Shown here: positions 17,959 to 27,792 of the stretch, one piece after another
Numbering within the stretch: the stretch's first letter is position 1
How the letters are laid out: each line of letters opens with the position of its first letter
Made by a program: the position numbers and the translations under genes
Source of the DNA: Pseudomonadota bacterium
GTDB lineage: Bacteria; Desulfobacterota; Desulfobacteria; Desulfobacterales; JBDRRP01
Length of the DNA: 64,000 nucleotides
Direction of reading: 5' to 3'
Assembly (NCBI GenBank): GCA_043825735.1
Contig: JBDRRP010000139.1
Coordinates: forward strand, 64,001 to 128,000
Notes under the pieces: model-generated
What the model was told of the DNA's origin: nothing
Databases searched by the model: none
What the model saw: only the letters and a program-made list of their open reading frames with translations

Positions 17959-19185
17959 ATGATTGCCGATCAAATCTGCAAGATCGCGGAAGAAGAAAAC
18001 ATCGCTGTTTTTGGCATTGGCGCTGCATCGGAAATGGCAAACGAGCAGTCTGGCCACAGACCCGATGACCTTCTGCCGGGGGCACAGAGCATGATATCCT
18101 TTGGTATCCCGGTGCCTGCGGGTGTTTACCGCATGACGACTTGCGGTGAAGAAACGGTCTGGCGATCGCAGAATCACTATTACCGTCGCCTGGACACCTT
18201 ATCCATTCGGTTTGCAGGTTTGCTGGAGGAAAGCGGAGACCGCGCGATCCCCATTTACGGTTGCATGCCGTTGGATATGAACGAAAAAGGTGTCGTCATC
18301 GGTTATCTGAACCAGATTCGAATGGGCGAAGTGGCCGGGATCGGGACCATCGGGAAAAATGGCCTTCTCGTTCATTCGCGCTACGGGTCCAGATTGATGC
18401 TTGGGGGGGTGTTGACCACTGCGGCCTTGCCCAAGATGCGCTATCCCGATGAAGATCAAACCGGTTGCCCGCCCGATTGTCGAATTTGTGCGGATGCCTG
18501 TCCGGTTAAAGCGATAATGGCTGGTAAAAAGCAGGTCAACATCATGCGTTGTTTGGGTTATACGGCGCGCACACCCGGCATGTCGAGGCCCAAGTTTGTA
18601 TTCCTTAGGGCCTTCAAACCCCGGGCCGCAGCTAGGTATATGAGTTTGACTTCCTTTGACGAGCACACATTTCACCGCTGTTCCCGATGTGTCGCACTTT
18701 GCCCTTTAAGCACAAACACAAAATGGAATTACAAGAGGCGCGCTATGAATCTGGAAAACATGACCGGGCTAGAACTGCTGGAGGCCATCGTTGACGGTAA
18801 ACTGCCATCGCCTTCCATGGGAAAGACCATGGGCCTGCAGCTGGGCAAAGTGGCGAAGGGCTACGCGGAGTTTCACGCGGTGGCAGATCACCGGCATCTG
18901 AATCCCATGGGCGGGGTCCACGGCGGGTTTGCGGCGACAGTGCTGGACTCGGTGACCGGGTGCGCGGTCCACACTGTGCTAGGCCCGGGGGACCGATACG
19001 GCACAGTGGATCTAAACGTCAAACTGCTAAAGCCGGTGCCGGTGGGGAAAAAGCTCATCGCCACGGTCGAGCTGATCCACTGCTCGAGAACCATCGGGGT
19101 TTCCAACGCCATATTGAAGGATGAGGACGGGTGTGTCTACGCCAGCGGGTCTGCCACCTGCATGATTTCGCGCAAGCATCAATAA
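17959..19185 (+). CDS. QueG-like (epoxyqueuosine reductase family) Fe-S protein running in frame into a PaaI thioesterase (own ATG 18745)
   Basis: AGIGTIGKNGLL...YGSRLMLG, CPPDCRICADACP, CSRCVALCP; then HLNPMGGVHGG..ATVLDS (PaaI) with RBS AGAGG before 18745. Confidence 0.8.
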   Translation: MIADQICKIAEEENIAVFGIGAASEMANEQSGHRPDDLLPGAQSMISFGIPVPAGVYRMTTCGEETVWRSQNHYYRRLDTLSIRFAGLLEESGDRAIPIYGCMPLDMNEKGVVIGYLNQIRMGEVAGIGTIGKNGLLVHSRYGSRLMLGGVLTTAALPKMRYPDEDQTGCPPDCRICADACPVKAIMAGKKQVNIMRCLGYTARTPGMSRPKFVFLRAFKPRAAARYMSLTSFDEHTFHRCSRCVALCPLSTNTKWNYKRRAMNLENMTGLELLEAIVDGKLPSPSMGKTMGLQLGKVAKGYAEFHAVADHRHLNPMGGVHGGFAATVLDSVTGCAVHTVLGPGDRYGTVDLNVKLLKPVPVGKKLIATVELIHCSRTIGVSNAILKDEDGCVYASGSATCMISRKHQ

Positions 19186-19197
19186 AAGGTGAACGGC

Positions 19198-21126
19198 TTA
19201 AGATGGGGCTTCCAGGCCGTCTCGGGGCAGTTGGATGCTGAAGCGCGAGCCTTGGCCGAGGGTGGATGACACGGCGATGTCGCCGCCGTGCTGCTTGATG
19301 ATCGTTTCGGCGATAAAGAGCCCGAGCCCGGTGCCTTTGACGCCCTTGGTGGAGTAAAACACGGTGAACAGCTTCTTGATTTGGGGTTCGGTCATGCCGG
19401 TGCCGTTGTCTTCCACGCACAGGGAGATGTCTTCGGCGGTGCAGCCCAGCGTCAATGTCACCCGGTGCTGCCGGCCGGATCGCTGATCGGCCACGCAGGC
19501 ATCCAGCGCGTTTTCGATAATGTTGACCAGGGCGGCCTTGAGCAGGCCGGCATCTACAAAAAAGGATCCCTCGCAGACACTGGCCGCCAGGATCAGCGGC
19601 ACGCCGCGGGGCTCGAATCGGGGCCTGAGCGTCTCGACGATGTCCGCAAAGAACGGCGCCACAGCCACCGTCTCACGGTTCAGTTCGCGCTCTTTCGCGT
19701 AAAAGAGGATGTCCAAAGTGATCTTCCGGATCCGTTCGGCCATGTGCTTGACCAGGTCCAGACCCTCCCGGATCTGGGTCTCATCGCAGCTTTTCACGGC
19801 CCCTTCCAGTGTATACACGCCCGCGTCCAGACCGGCGAGCACGCCTTTGATGCTGTGGGAGATGGAGGCAATCATGAGTCCCAGAAATGAAAGGTTGTTC
19901 TGAAGGTCACGGATCTGGGTGATGTCCATGAAGATCAGCAGCACCTGAAGCAGTTTTCCGGCCGCCGACATCATGGGCGATGTCCAGACCAGGGCATCGT
20001 AACGGCGCCAGTCTGAAGAGATGAGCGTCATTTCACCGTGGTGGGGCAGTCCGTCTTCGTAGGTCTTGAAAATGGGCGTTCCGGCGGGATCCTCCCTGCC
20101 GTCGGAGAAGACATCGAGAAATGCGGCCCCGATCTGATCTCCGAAAGCCTGGATAAAGTGGCGGTTGGTGGCTGCAAAGCGCATGTCACGGTCCAGCACG
20201 GCAACGTGACAGGGAACCGCGTCGAAGAGCAGCTGGTAGCGCTGCTGGGTGGTGCTGAGATCCTTTTTCAACTGGCGGATGTCACGGGTGCCGGCGGCGA
20301 CCTCAAGCACCATCTCCACCCCGCCGGTGTTGTTGTAGATCGGGGCGGTGTGGACAATGACGGGCACCTTTGCACCGCTGCGGTAGCGCAGCGTCTCACG
20401 CAGCTCAAGGGTGTTTTCAGTCTGAAAGGTCCGCCCTACCGGGCAGGCTTCCCGGGTGCCCCCGGCGCCGTCATAGACTTCCCACGAGGGGTCTCCCACC
20501 CGGCGGCCCAGAAGCACCCGGTAGGCGCGGTTGGCCGCCGTCACCCGGTAGCGCCGGTCGTGGATCGCGATAAAATAGGGGATTTCATTGAAGTAGCGGA
20601 CCCCGCCTTCCACTTCCCGCGCCATGTCGCCGATGAAGGAGGAGACCTTGTCCACCACTTGTTTAACCGTGAGAAACCGTTCGGTGTCCATGCGCCGGTC
20701 AAACCGGCGTTTGGCCTTGCGGGCGATGTCTCGCTTTTCGCTTCTCAATCGCCGGCCGGAAATGATGCGTTCCTGCGCCATCCGCAGCAGCAGCTGCATT
20801 TCACGCGGGTCGACGGGCCGTGCTGCCACGCCACAGCCCCAGGCCTTCAGCCGAATCTCCAGATCGGGCACGTTGGCAGGCGCTGATGTGATGATCATTT
20901 CGGTAGAACGCCACCGTTTCCTGACAGCGCTCAAAAAATCCTCAACCAAGATACCGGGCATGCTGTCGGAGGCGATGACAAGATCGGGGGCGCGCTCGGC
21001 ATGAAAGGCCAGCGCTTCGGTCCCTGACGGGGCCGTGTAAATGTGATGACCAAGCCCGGTCGCAATGGCAGTGATCATGTCGGTGTCAGCCGCCGATGTC
21101 AACGCAATCAGAACCGTCAAAGCCAT
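19198..21126 (-). CDS. Sensor histidine kinase: pseudo-receiver, two PAS, HisKA, HATPase
   Basis: SISHSIKG H-box; NIIENALDA; DNGTGM; KGTGLGL. The N-terminal REC-like fold lacks the phospho-Asp (DLVIASDSMPG). Confidence 0.88.
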   Translation of the reverse strand: MALTVLIALTSAADTDMITAIATGLGHHIYTAPSGTEALAFHAERAPDLVIASDSMPGILVEDFLSAVRKRWRSTEMIITSAPANVPDLEIRLKAWGCGVAARPVDPREMQLLLRMAQERIISGRRLRSEKRDIARKAKRRFDRRMDTERFLTVKQVVDKVSSFIGDMAREVEGGVRYFNEIPYFIAIHDRRYRVTAANRAYRVLLGRRVGDPSWEVYDGAGGTREACPVGRTFQTENTLELRETLRYRSGAKVPVIVHTAPIYNNTGGVEMVLEVAAGTRDIRQLKKDLSTTQQRYQLLFDAVPCHVAVLDRDMRFAATNRHFIQAFGDQIGAAFLDVFSDGREDPAGTPIFKTYEDGLPHHGEMTLISSDWRRYDALVWTSPMMSAAGKLLQVLLIFMDITQIRDLQNNLSFLGLMIASISHSIKGVLAGLDAGVYTLEGAVKSCDETQIREGLDLVKHMAERIRKITLDILFYAKERELNRETVAVAPFFADIVETLRPRFEPRGVPLILAASVCEGSFFVDAGLLKAALVNIIENALDACVADQRSGRQHRVTLTLGCTAEDISLCVEDNGTGMTEPQIKKLFTVFYSTKGVKGTGLGLFIAETIIKQHGGDIAVSSTLGQGSRFSIQLPRDGLEAPS

Positions 21127-21242
21127 TGTATCGTTTTCCTCAAGGTCACCCGCCGGTGCAATCATTTTTGTAAAAAAGGGGTGTTTCCGGTCATAGAAAC
21201 ACCCCTCTCGATACTGGGCATTTTCTGCGGCAGGCAGGGCGG

Positions 21243-21818
21243 TTACCAGTTTTCGCCAAGCAGTTCGAACCAGCCCTGGGGCTTGACGCAGGCCGGGCAT
21301 TTTTCCGGTGCGGTGCTGCCCATGTGCAGGTAGCCGCAGTTGCGGCATCGCCACACCATGTCCTGGTTCCTTGAAAAGACGCGGCCGGCCGCAAGATTGG
21401 CCGCCAGATCCCGGTAGCGTTTTTCATGCTGCTTTTCCGAAACACTGATTGCGTGCCAGGTATCCGCGGCCCGGGTGAAGCCCTCTTTTTCGGCGATCGC
21501 GGCAAATCCCGGATAGAGCTCAGAGTGCTCGAAGCGCTCACCGTCGGCCGCGGCCACCAGGTTGGCGTGGGTGTCGCCGATCACGCCGGAGGGATAGCTG
21601 GCAGTAATTTCCAGTTCCCCGCCGTTGAAGAATTTGAAGAACCGCAGTGCGTGCTCGCACTCCTGGTTGGCGGTCTCTTCAAAAATGTCTGCAATCTGGA
21701 CAAACCCCTCTTCCATGGCGCGGCGGGAAAAATAGGTGTAGCGGTTGCGTGCCTGGGATTCGCCGGCAAAGGCCGCCAGAAGGTTTCTGGCGGTCCGGCT
21801 CTCTCTGAATTTTCCCAC
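21243..21818 (-). CDS. rbr: Rubrerythrin
   Basis: AFAGESQARNRY, E..H diiron motifs, C-terminal WRCRNCGY...CPAC rubredoxin domain. Confidence 0.96.
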   Translation of the reverse strand: MGKFRESRTARNLLAAFAGESQARNRYTYFSRRAMEEGFVQIADIFEETANQECEHALRFFKFFNGGELEITASYPSGVIGDTHANLVAAADGERFEHSELYPGFAAIAEKEGFTRAADTWHAISVSEKQHEKRYRDLAANLAAGRVFSRNQDMVWRCRNCGYLHMGSTAPEKCPACVKPQGWFELLGENW

Positions 21819-21827
21819 GGGTTCCCC

Positions 21828-22019
21828 CTATTCAATGATCTCAATGGCCGTGGCGCCACACTCTGCCGCCGCCTGCCGCACAATATCCTCAAATTTTTCC
21901 GGGATCACGTCGAATTTGACCACGGACAGCAACTGGTCCTCGTCATACGCGAACACTTCCGGGCACAGTTTGTTGCAATTGCGATCGCCCATGCACTGGC
22001 TGGTGACTTTTGCTTTCAT
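21828..22019 (-). CDS. Single-cluster ferredoxin with CxxDxxC motif
   Basis: CMGDRNCNKLCPEVF...AAAECGATAI; strong RBS AGGAGG. Confidence 0.9.
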   Translation of the reverse strand: MKAKVTSQCMGDRNCNKLCPEVFAYDEDQLLSVVKFDVIPEKFEDIVRQAAAECGATAIEIIE

Positions 22020-22164
22020 GAATACCTCCTTTTGATGGGAATGAGAGCCGGCTGACGCGCTATGTCCTCTGTCGCGGCAGTCGGGATGAACACATCGGTT
22101 ACGCTTGGTGCTGAGGGAATTATTTCAAAAGCGCTCAAAGCGTAATTTTGATCAAGGGGCCCTG

Positions 22165-22184
22165 TCAATCATTAATATCATTGA
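22165..22184. promoter_or_regulatory. Possible Fur/PerR-like operator upstream of ferredoxin-rbr
   Basis: Quasi-palindrome TCAATCATTAATATCATTGA overlapping a TTGACA on the minus strand. Confidence 0.35.
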
Positions 22185-22427
22185 ACATGCCCCGCAGTCG
22201 GCCTCAGGCGAAAGGAATATGGGCGCGCAATGCTGCCGGCCCGATTCCGGTTTTTTCCCCCGGCATCCGGCGGCCTATCAGTTTACTCTCAGAATGAAGC
22301 GTTTTCGTGGCATTGACGAGACCTTATTTCATCCGCATCAATTGCGCTAACCACCTAATATTCAGTATGATACGCTTTTTGCGGCGGCAGGTGGGCAACT
22401 GTATTTCGATCTTCGAGGTGCGGACCA

Positions 22428-22822
22428 TGATGCTTTTCTGGGGCGTTCTGGGGATGACGGTGTCAGTTATTTTCTTTTTTATGTTGCTGCTCAGCGAGCG
22501 CAACCCTGAGCCGGTGATCTGGAAGTCGGATTTCCTGACGGGAGGCATTTTTGTGCCGATGATCGTCGGGGCCGGAATTATCGGTTTGCTTGCGGTAATC
22601 CGGTATTTTATGAATCTTGAAACACTGAGTTTTTCAGGCAAGGAGCCGGTAATGGCTGCAGGGGTTGTTGTTGCAGGCGCCGTGGTGCTGAAGGCCATGC
22701 GGATAAAAAAGCGGTTGGCGCGCTATACGGCCCAGGCCCAGGCCGCCGGGGCGGCGATTCACCCCATCCAAAAACCCGCCATCCTGCCCGAGCCCCCCGT
22801 GGCTGGTCGCAGGGCGGCATAG
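22428..22822 (+). CDS. Hypothetical membrane protein (3 TM)
   Basis: Three hydrophobic segments; GAGG upstream of ATG 22428. Confidence 0.65.
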
Positions 22823-23258
22823 CCTCTGGTCGTTTGAAAGCGTGACCCTGCCGGCAGGCCCGATCATGCTCCGGCCTCCGTCGACGGAAAGCCGTCTCCG
22901 GAAGCGTGTGGTGGACTGTTATTGCCGGAAGATGCCGCGTCGGGCGCTGATGCAGCATTCTTTAAATCCCGCCGATTTGTAACGTTCCCTTCTTTGCCAG
23001 GCTCTAAATGAATATCCTGCGTACAGGATGGCGTGCGGCGCCCGGCGCCTGTCTTCCAACGCCTTTTCGCGGGATTGCATAACGCCGCGTCGGGCAAGCA
23101 GACGCGGTCGAGCAAAGGGCGGCGCATATGGCATCATCGTGCGGCGTCCTTATATTGCACTTGTAAGCCGCTCACGCCGTGAGCATTGACCAACCGTGAA
23201 CATCAGTGCCGGGGGCCGCGCAGAGGGCTCTCCGGTGTTCGATAAAAGGAGAACCAAA

Positions 23259-23360
23259 ATGAACCATACACTTCCGTCACTCGGATATGCCTATGATGCG
23301 CTCGAGCCGTTTATCGACTGGGAGCGGGTCAACGAGAACTTTCGGCAGGCGCGCGCCTGA
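23259..23360 (+). pseudogene. sod: Fe/Mn superoxide dismutase collapsed to 33 codons (N-terminus fused to C-terminus)
   Basis: RBS AAGGAG then MNHTLPSLGYAYDALEPFID|WERVNENFRQARA*. Both halves match the SOD termini; they join at ATCGAC 23313-23318. Confidence 0.85.
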
Positions 23361-23506
23361 TCGGCGCTGGGAATGCGCCCGACGCTGTCGACCACCCTCG
23401 CAGGACAAAAGTAGTCATTGCCGTCCGCATCCTTGGTGGGAACAAATTTTTCTTTGTCTATGGTGATCATAGGGCGCCGCCTTAATGTAATGCTCGGGCA
23501 ACCGGA

Positions 23507-23677
23507 TCAATCGCCGAGCGCCTTGGCCAGGGCCAGGGCGCAAGCCGCCTGCTTTTCTTCCGGCCCGTCAAGGTTTATCTGATAGGTATCAAAATTCATG
23601 TCCACCAAGCGGCAGCCGTGTTTCTCAACAACGCTCACAATGACATTGAGCTGGGCGGTGCTATCGTTATCCATCAT
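23507..23677 (-). CDS. Small hypothetical protein (56 aa)
   Basis: VVEKHGCRLVDMNFDTYQINLDGPEEKQAACALAL; protein-like composition, downstream of the TPR gene. Confidence 0.7.
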   Translation of the reverse strand: MMDNDSTAQLNVIVSVVEKHGCRLVDMNFDTYQINLDGPEEKQAACALALAKALGD

Positions 23678-23745
23678 GATTGGGCCTCGCGTGGCCGGTG
23701 CGTGCGGCGCCGCCGGGTGCTGACGGCGCCGCGATGCCGGCACAA

Positions 23746-24258
23746 TTATCGGTTCAGCTCGGTCTCCATGGCCGCTTCCACGGTCAGGTGATGTGAGCGC
23801 CACACGTTGTTTTCCGCGGCAAATTCACCAAGGTGGTGCTCGGAGAAATGGGCCACCATCTGAATATCTTCCACGGCGGCTTCTTCACGTCCGGTTTTGG
23901 AAAGCAGGCTGGCGCGGCTGAAATAGGCCGCGCTGTACTCCGGATTCAACGCGATGGCCCGGTCGAAGTCTGCCTCCGCGGCAGTGTCGTTTCCCTGTAT
24001 CTCCCTGGCAAGACCCCGCAGGTGATAGGCCCGCGCATTGTCCGCGCCGATGCTGATTGCCCGGTCGAAGTCGGCAATGGCGTCGATAGGGCGGCTGAGT
24101 TTTAGATGCGCCGCGCCCCGGCTCACAAAAGCAAGGCTGAAGGCGTCATCTTCGGTGACCGCCGCCCCCAGTAGACGAATCGCTTCGGTGTAGTTTCCCG
24201 CTACGAAAGCGCCCATGGCCTCCGTATACATTTCTTTGGCTTTGTTATTCCGTGTCAT
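23746..24258 (-). CDS. Tetratricopeptide repeat protein
   Basis: Repeated A...RG.A...AIADFDRAI motifs; RBS AAGGAG. Confidence 0.9.
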   Translation of the reverse strand: MTRNNKAKEMYTEAMGAFVAGNYTEAIRLLGAAVTEDDAFSLAFVSRGAAHLKLSRPIDAIADFDRAISIGADNARAYHLRGLAREIQGNDTAAEADFDRAIALNPEYSAAYFSRASLLSKTGREEAAVEDIQMVAHFSEHHLGEFAAENNVWRSHHLTVEAAMETELNR

Positions 24259-24462
24259 GGTGAGTCTCCTTTTACTTTCAGCAGCGCTGGTTCCCGCAGT
24301 GCGAACCGTGACGCCGCGTTTTTGGCTTCTGCGAGTGCACCGGTATCCGGTGTCTCGCAAGTTCGTGAGTCAGTGGCGCAGTGCTGCTTCCCCCTCGGCG
24401 CACCGTTGGGATCGCCGCCGGGGCTCCGGCCACGGGAAATCCGATGGTTTCAGGCGCCTGTT

Positions 24463-25359
24463 TTATCCCGCCACCTTTTCCAGGCCGGAAATGGCCATGG
24501 CCGCCAGCAGGTCCGCCTGCGCGGCCTCAGCGGTCTCGTTGACCGTCTTGGCGCCGGCACCATCCATCAGCGGATCCACCCCCGTCCGGAAAGGCCTTGC
24601 GCCGTGTGGCATCCTGATCAATGCTGCTATCGCATCGGCCACCTGCTGGGGGTCTGGCGCGCTGTCGCCGGCCATGCGCTCAGCGAACGCATCCCACATT
24701 TTCCCGGGCAGCGCTTTCAGGGAGCCGTAACCCTTTAGGCGATCCGTGTCTGCTCCGGAAGTCATGTTGTCGCGAAAGGCGGTGGGAAACCCGCCCGGCT
24801 CGACGAGCACGACTTCCACGCCAAGGCCGGCGAGCTCGTAGCGCCAGCTTTCACTGAGTCCTTCCAAGGCGAATTTGCTGGCGGTGTACGGCGCGGAAAA
24901 AGGAATCACCACACGTCCCATGATGCTGGAGATGTTGACGATCAACCCCTTGCCGCCGGCGCGCATCGCGGGAAGCACCGCTCTCGTAACCCGGTGCACG
25001 CCGAACAGATTCACATCGAAGAGGCGTTTGAGCTGGCCGGTGGTGACGGTTTCCAAAAAGCCGCCCAGTCCCGCGCCGGCATTGTTCACCAGCACATCGA
25101 TATGGTCAAACCAGGCCAGGGCCACTTCCACGGCGGCGCTCACCGAGTCGTCATGGCTCACATCCATGGCCAGCACGTTAAGGGTGCCGGGGGCGTTTTC
25201 GGCATGGCTGCGCAGTGCCGCTGCCTTGTCGGTGTTGCTCCGGTCCGGCTCCCGCATGGCGGCCAGCACCGTGTAGCCTTCGGTGAGCAGCGTGCAGGCC
25301 GTCAGAAATCCAAATCCGCTGCTGGTGCCGGTGATCAATACGGTAGTGCGGCTGTTCAT
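24463..25359 (-). CDS. SDR family oxidoreductase
   Basis: ITGTSSGFG, VNNAG, YTASK. Confidence 0.94.
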   Translation of the reverse strand: MNSRTTVLITGTSSGFGFLTACTLLTEGYTVLAAMREPDRSNTDKAAALRSHAENAPGTLNVLAMDVSHDDSVSAAVEVALAWFDHIDVLVNNAGAGLGGFLETVTTGQLKRLFDVNLFGVHRVTRAVLPAMRAGGKGLIVNISSIMGRVVIPFSAPYTASKFALEGLSESWRYELAGLGVEVVLVEPGGFPTAFRDNMTSGADTDRLKGYGSLKALPGKMWDAFAERMAGDSAPDPQQVADAIAALIRMPHGARPFRTGVDPLMDGAGAKTVNETAEAAQADLLAAMAISGLEKVAG

Positions 25360-25720
25360 GGATAATGCCTTTCTCAGGTGTCAGCGTCATTTTGTCCGTG
25401 CTGCCGCGGACTCGGCTTATCATGGCCATGACCATCGGGTCACACGGACGGCGAACGCCGATGGTCATTCGGTTAAAACAGTGGGCCGCTCCTACCACAC
25501 GCTCATCGCCGCGGGTATGGTTTTGGACCGACCCAGTAAAAATAAGAGTGATGTCCGGAGAATCAATGAGGGTTATGGCGGGGAATACTGAGGGGGAAAA
25601 ACCATTGCTGATGACAGGTCTGAAAGTGGTGGTTACGTTTTTGCTGAATCACTCCGCCTGGCGGGTTGACGCTATTCCCGCAGCGGACCGACACCCAATC
25701 CAATTGCGAGGACACTTAGG

Positions 25721-26017
25721 ATGGCTCAAATACAGAATGCAACAGCGGATTTGGCCTTTGAGACCTTTCAGATGACCATAACCGACAAAGCGATGCCCTT
25801 TGCAGAGGTCAGTGCGCAGGTGAAGCGGCAGGCCCGGCAGATCAACAAGGAAGCCATGATGCTGTCATGGTACAACGGAAAGACCGGAAAAGGATACCCG
25901 GACTACGAGTGCGGCAACCAGCGCCCTTTCTGGGAGATGTATGCCGACTCCAGGGGCAGCAACCTCAAGATTATCGTCAATGACGGGGATTATGTCTTTT
26001 ACTATCTGAAACTGTAA
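25721..26017 (+). CDS. AF1514-like (DUF5619) protein
   Basis: AMMLSWYN..G..YP...C...P.WE.YADSRG..L.I.VNDGDYVF. Confidence 0.75.
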   Translation: MAQIQNATADLAFETFQMTITDKAMPFAEVSAQVKRQARQINKEAMMLSWYNGKTGKGYPDYECGNQRPFWEMYADSRGSNLKIIVNDGDYVFYYLKL

Positions 26018-26651
26018 CCGCTACGGTTGCGGGAATTGCTTCACCGTGGATACCCACTGCCGGATCGTCGACGGGATCGGCGGCCATCAGGTGCGGATTC
26101 TTTCCGGTGACGCCTCTGTAAAACAGGCGGATTTCCGGCATGTCCCGACCGATATCGCCGGTGGGATGAAACGTGGGGCCAAATCCTCCCGTTTTTGTCT
26201 TGTAGTCCAGAAACCCGAGTAGGATGGGGACGCCCGCGCCGTGGGCGATATGGTAGAATCCCGTCTTCCACCGAACCACCTTGCCGCGGGTGCCCGAGGG
26301 GGGCACTACCAGCATCAGCGATTCGCGATTTTCGAAGGCCGCAATGGAATGGGACACCAAATTGGTGGAGCGACGCCGGTCGACCGGTATGGCTCCCAGC
26401 CATTTGAACACCGGACCCAGAGGCCAGAAAAACCAGTCGTCTTTCATCATGATGGCCGGCTTCAGTCTGAAAATGAACGCCAGGCAGAGCGTATAGAAAA
26501 AATCCCAGTTGGAGGTGTGCGGGGCGGCGATGATCACCACCTTCGACTGTTCGGGAGTCTGCCCCGCTACGGACCATCCGCACCACCGGTAGATCCAGAC
26601 CGCCAGGTACCGCATCGCAGGCCTGATGAACCGGGTATCGTGAACCGTCAT
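25977..26651 (-). CDS. Lysophospholipid acyltransferase (PlsC-like)
   Basis: PHTSNWD (HxxxxD), IPVDR, PPSGTR, WKTGFYHIA. Confidence 0.9.
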   Translation of the reverse strand: MTVHDTRFIRPAMRYLAVWIYRWCGWSVAGQTPEQSKVVIIAAPHTSNWDFFYTLCLAFIFRLKPAIMMKDDWFFWPLGPVFKWLGAIPVDRRRSTNLVSHSIAAFENRESLMLVVPPSGTRGKVVRWKTGFYHIAHGAGVPILLGFLDYKTKTGGFGPTFHPTGDIGRDMPEIRLFYRGVTGKNPHLMAADPVDDPAVGIHGEAIPATVAVTVSDSKRHNPRH

Positions 26652-26853
26652 ATGATCCCCTTTTCCTTGCAGCGAAACGGATGGATTGTCCGAATCGCAG
26701 CCGTGTCGCCAAAAAGATCGCCGCAAAGCGTGCGCATTGACCGCGCTGGGCTGCGGCATGTTGCCATTCACGCACATCATGTATGGCATTATCGGACGGG
26801 TGCCCATGGCGCCGGAGGCATTTTACATTTCTTTTACGATCCAGCAGAAACGG

Positions 26854-26909
26854 CCAGATAGCAGACGACAGAGGACAGAGGGCAGATGACAGCGGACAGA
26901 CGGCAGTGG
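26854..26909. repeat. Heptamer tandem array, 8 degenerate units of consensus RCAGANG
   Basis: ccagata gcagacg acagagg acagagg gcagatg acagcgg acagacg gcagtgg. Confidence 0.8.
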
Positions 26910-26924
26910 CGCCAGAAAAACCGA

Positions 26925-26990
26925 TGAGGATTTCGAAAAGTGCGAAAACGCCGCTCTGGGCCAAAAGATGCCGTTTCTGGATGGGCACTA
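26925..26990 (-). mobile_element. MITE-like element, family B, partial copy starting at the ilvN stop codon
   Basis: Minus strand TAGTGCCCATCCAGAAACGGCATCTTTTGGCCCAGAGCGGCGTTTTCGCACTTTTCGAAATCCTC; near-identical to 42572-42637. Confidence 0.8.
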
Positions 26991-27479
26991 AGTGGGTTCG
27001 CGGTACAGCGCCAGAATCCCCGAGCGCGCCACTTTCTTTATGCCCATGGGCTCCAGAAGCGCGATCAGGGCTTCGATTTTTTCCTGACGGCCCGTGACTT
27101 CAAGAATGTAGTGGGTGGCACCCGTATCCACGATGCGGGCCCGGAACGTGTCGATGATACGCTGAATTTCAGGCCGATGGACGGGTTCGGCCTTTACGCA
27201 GATGATGGCCATTTCCCGTTTTACAGCCGCCTCACCGGTCATGTCCCGGACTTTGATGACGTTGATGAGCCGTCGCACCTGTTTCATGATCTGTTCGATC
27301 TGTTCCGGGTGAGTGACGGTGGTGGTGATGGTGATGCGCGACATGTTCGGGTTGGCGGTGGGAGCCCCGCAGATGGTTTCGATGTTGTAGCCCCTGCTGG
27401 CGAACAGACCCGAGACCCGAGCGGTGACGCCCGGTTCGTTTTCCACCAGCATGGTGATGATATGCTTTTCCGGGTTCAT
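26988..27479 (-). CDS. ilvN: Acetolactate synthase small (regulatory) subunit
   Basis: LVENEPGVTARVSGLFASRGYNIET...QVRRLINVIKV...ARSG. Confidence 0.95.
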   Translation of the reverse strand: MNPEKHIITMLVENEPGVTARVSGLFASRGYNIETICGAPTANPNMSRITITTTVTHPEQIEQIMKQVRRLINVIKVRDMTGEAAVKREMAIICVKAEPVHRPEIQRIIDTFRARIVDTGATHYILEVTGRQEKIEALIALLEPMGIKKVARSGILALYREPT

Positions 27480-27792
27480 GGAAGGCCCCTTGGGGTGGCG
27501 GTTATCAAACCAGCCGGCTGCCGTCGTCGGCGGTTGCGGCAGACATCTGTGGTAAACCATCTCCTGGCGGTTTCTGCAACCCCTGCACTGGCCATGCGGT
27601 TTATGGGGGCGCGATGCACTGTCGGGGCAAACCGTTCGCTGGACGAAAAATGTTTTTGACTCACCGGGACCTTCCTGCTCTGAGCCGTTTACTTCGGCCG
27701 TTACAGGATTATTATTAACACGATTCATGTGTTTGATTTCATCGATGTGTCATCGACAACCGTTCGACTATTCAGAAGACTCGGAGGCAATA

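Noticed and set aside
23128..23145. Sigma-54-like TGGCAT...TGC upstream of the sod remnant
   Set aside because: GG-to-GC spacing is 9 nt, not the required 10.
25428..25468. 11-bp inverted repeat ATGACCATCGG/CCGATGGTCAT upstream of the SDR gene
   Set aside because: Single occurrence, no U-tract and no cognate regulator; function cannot be supported.
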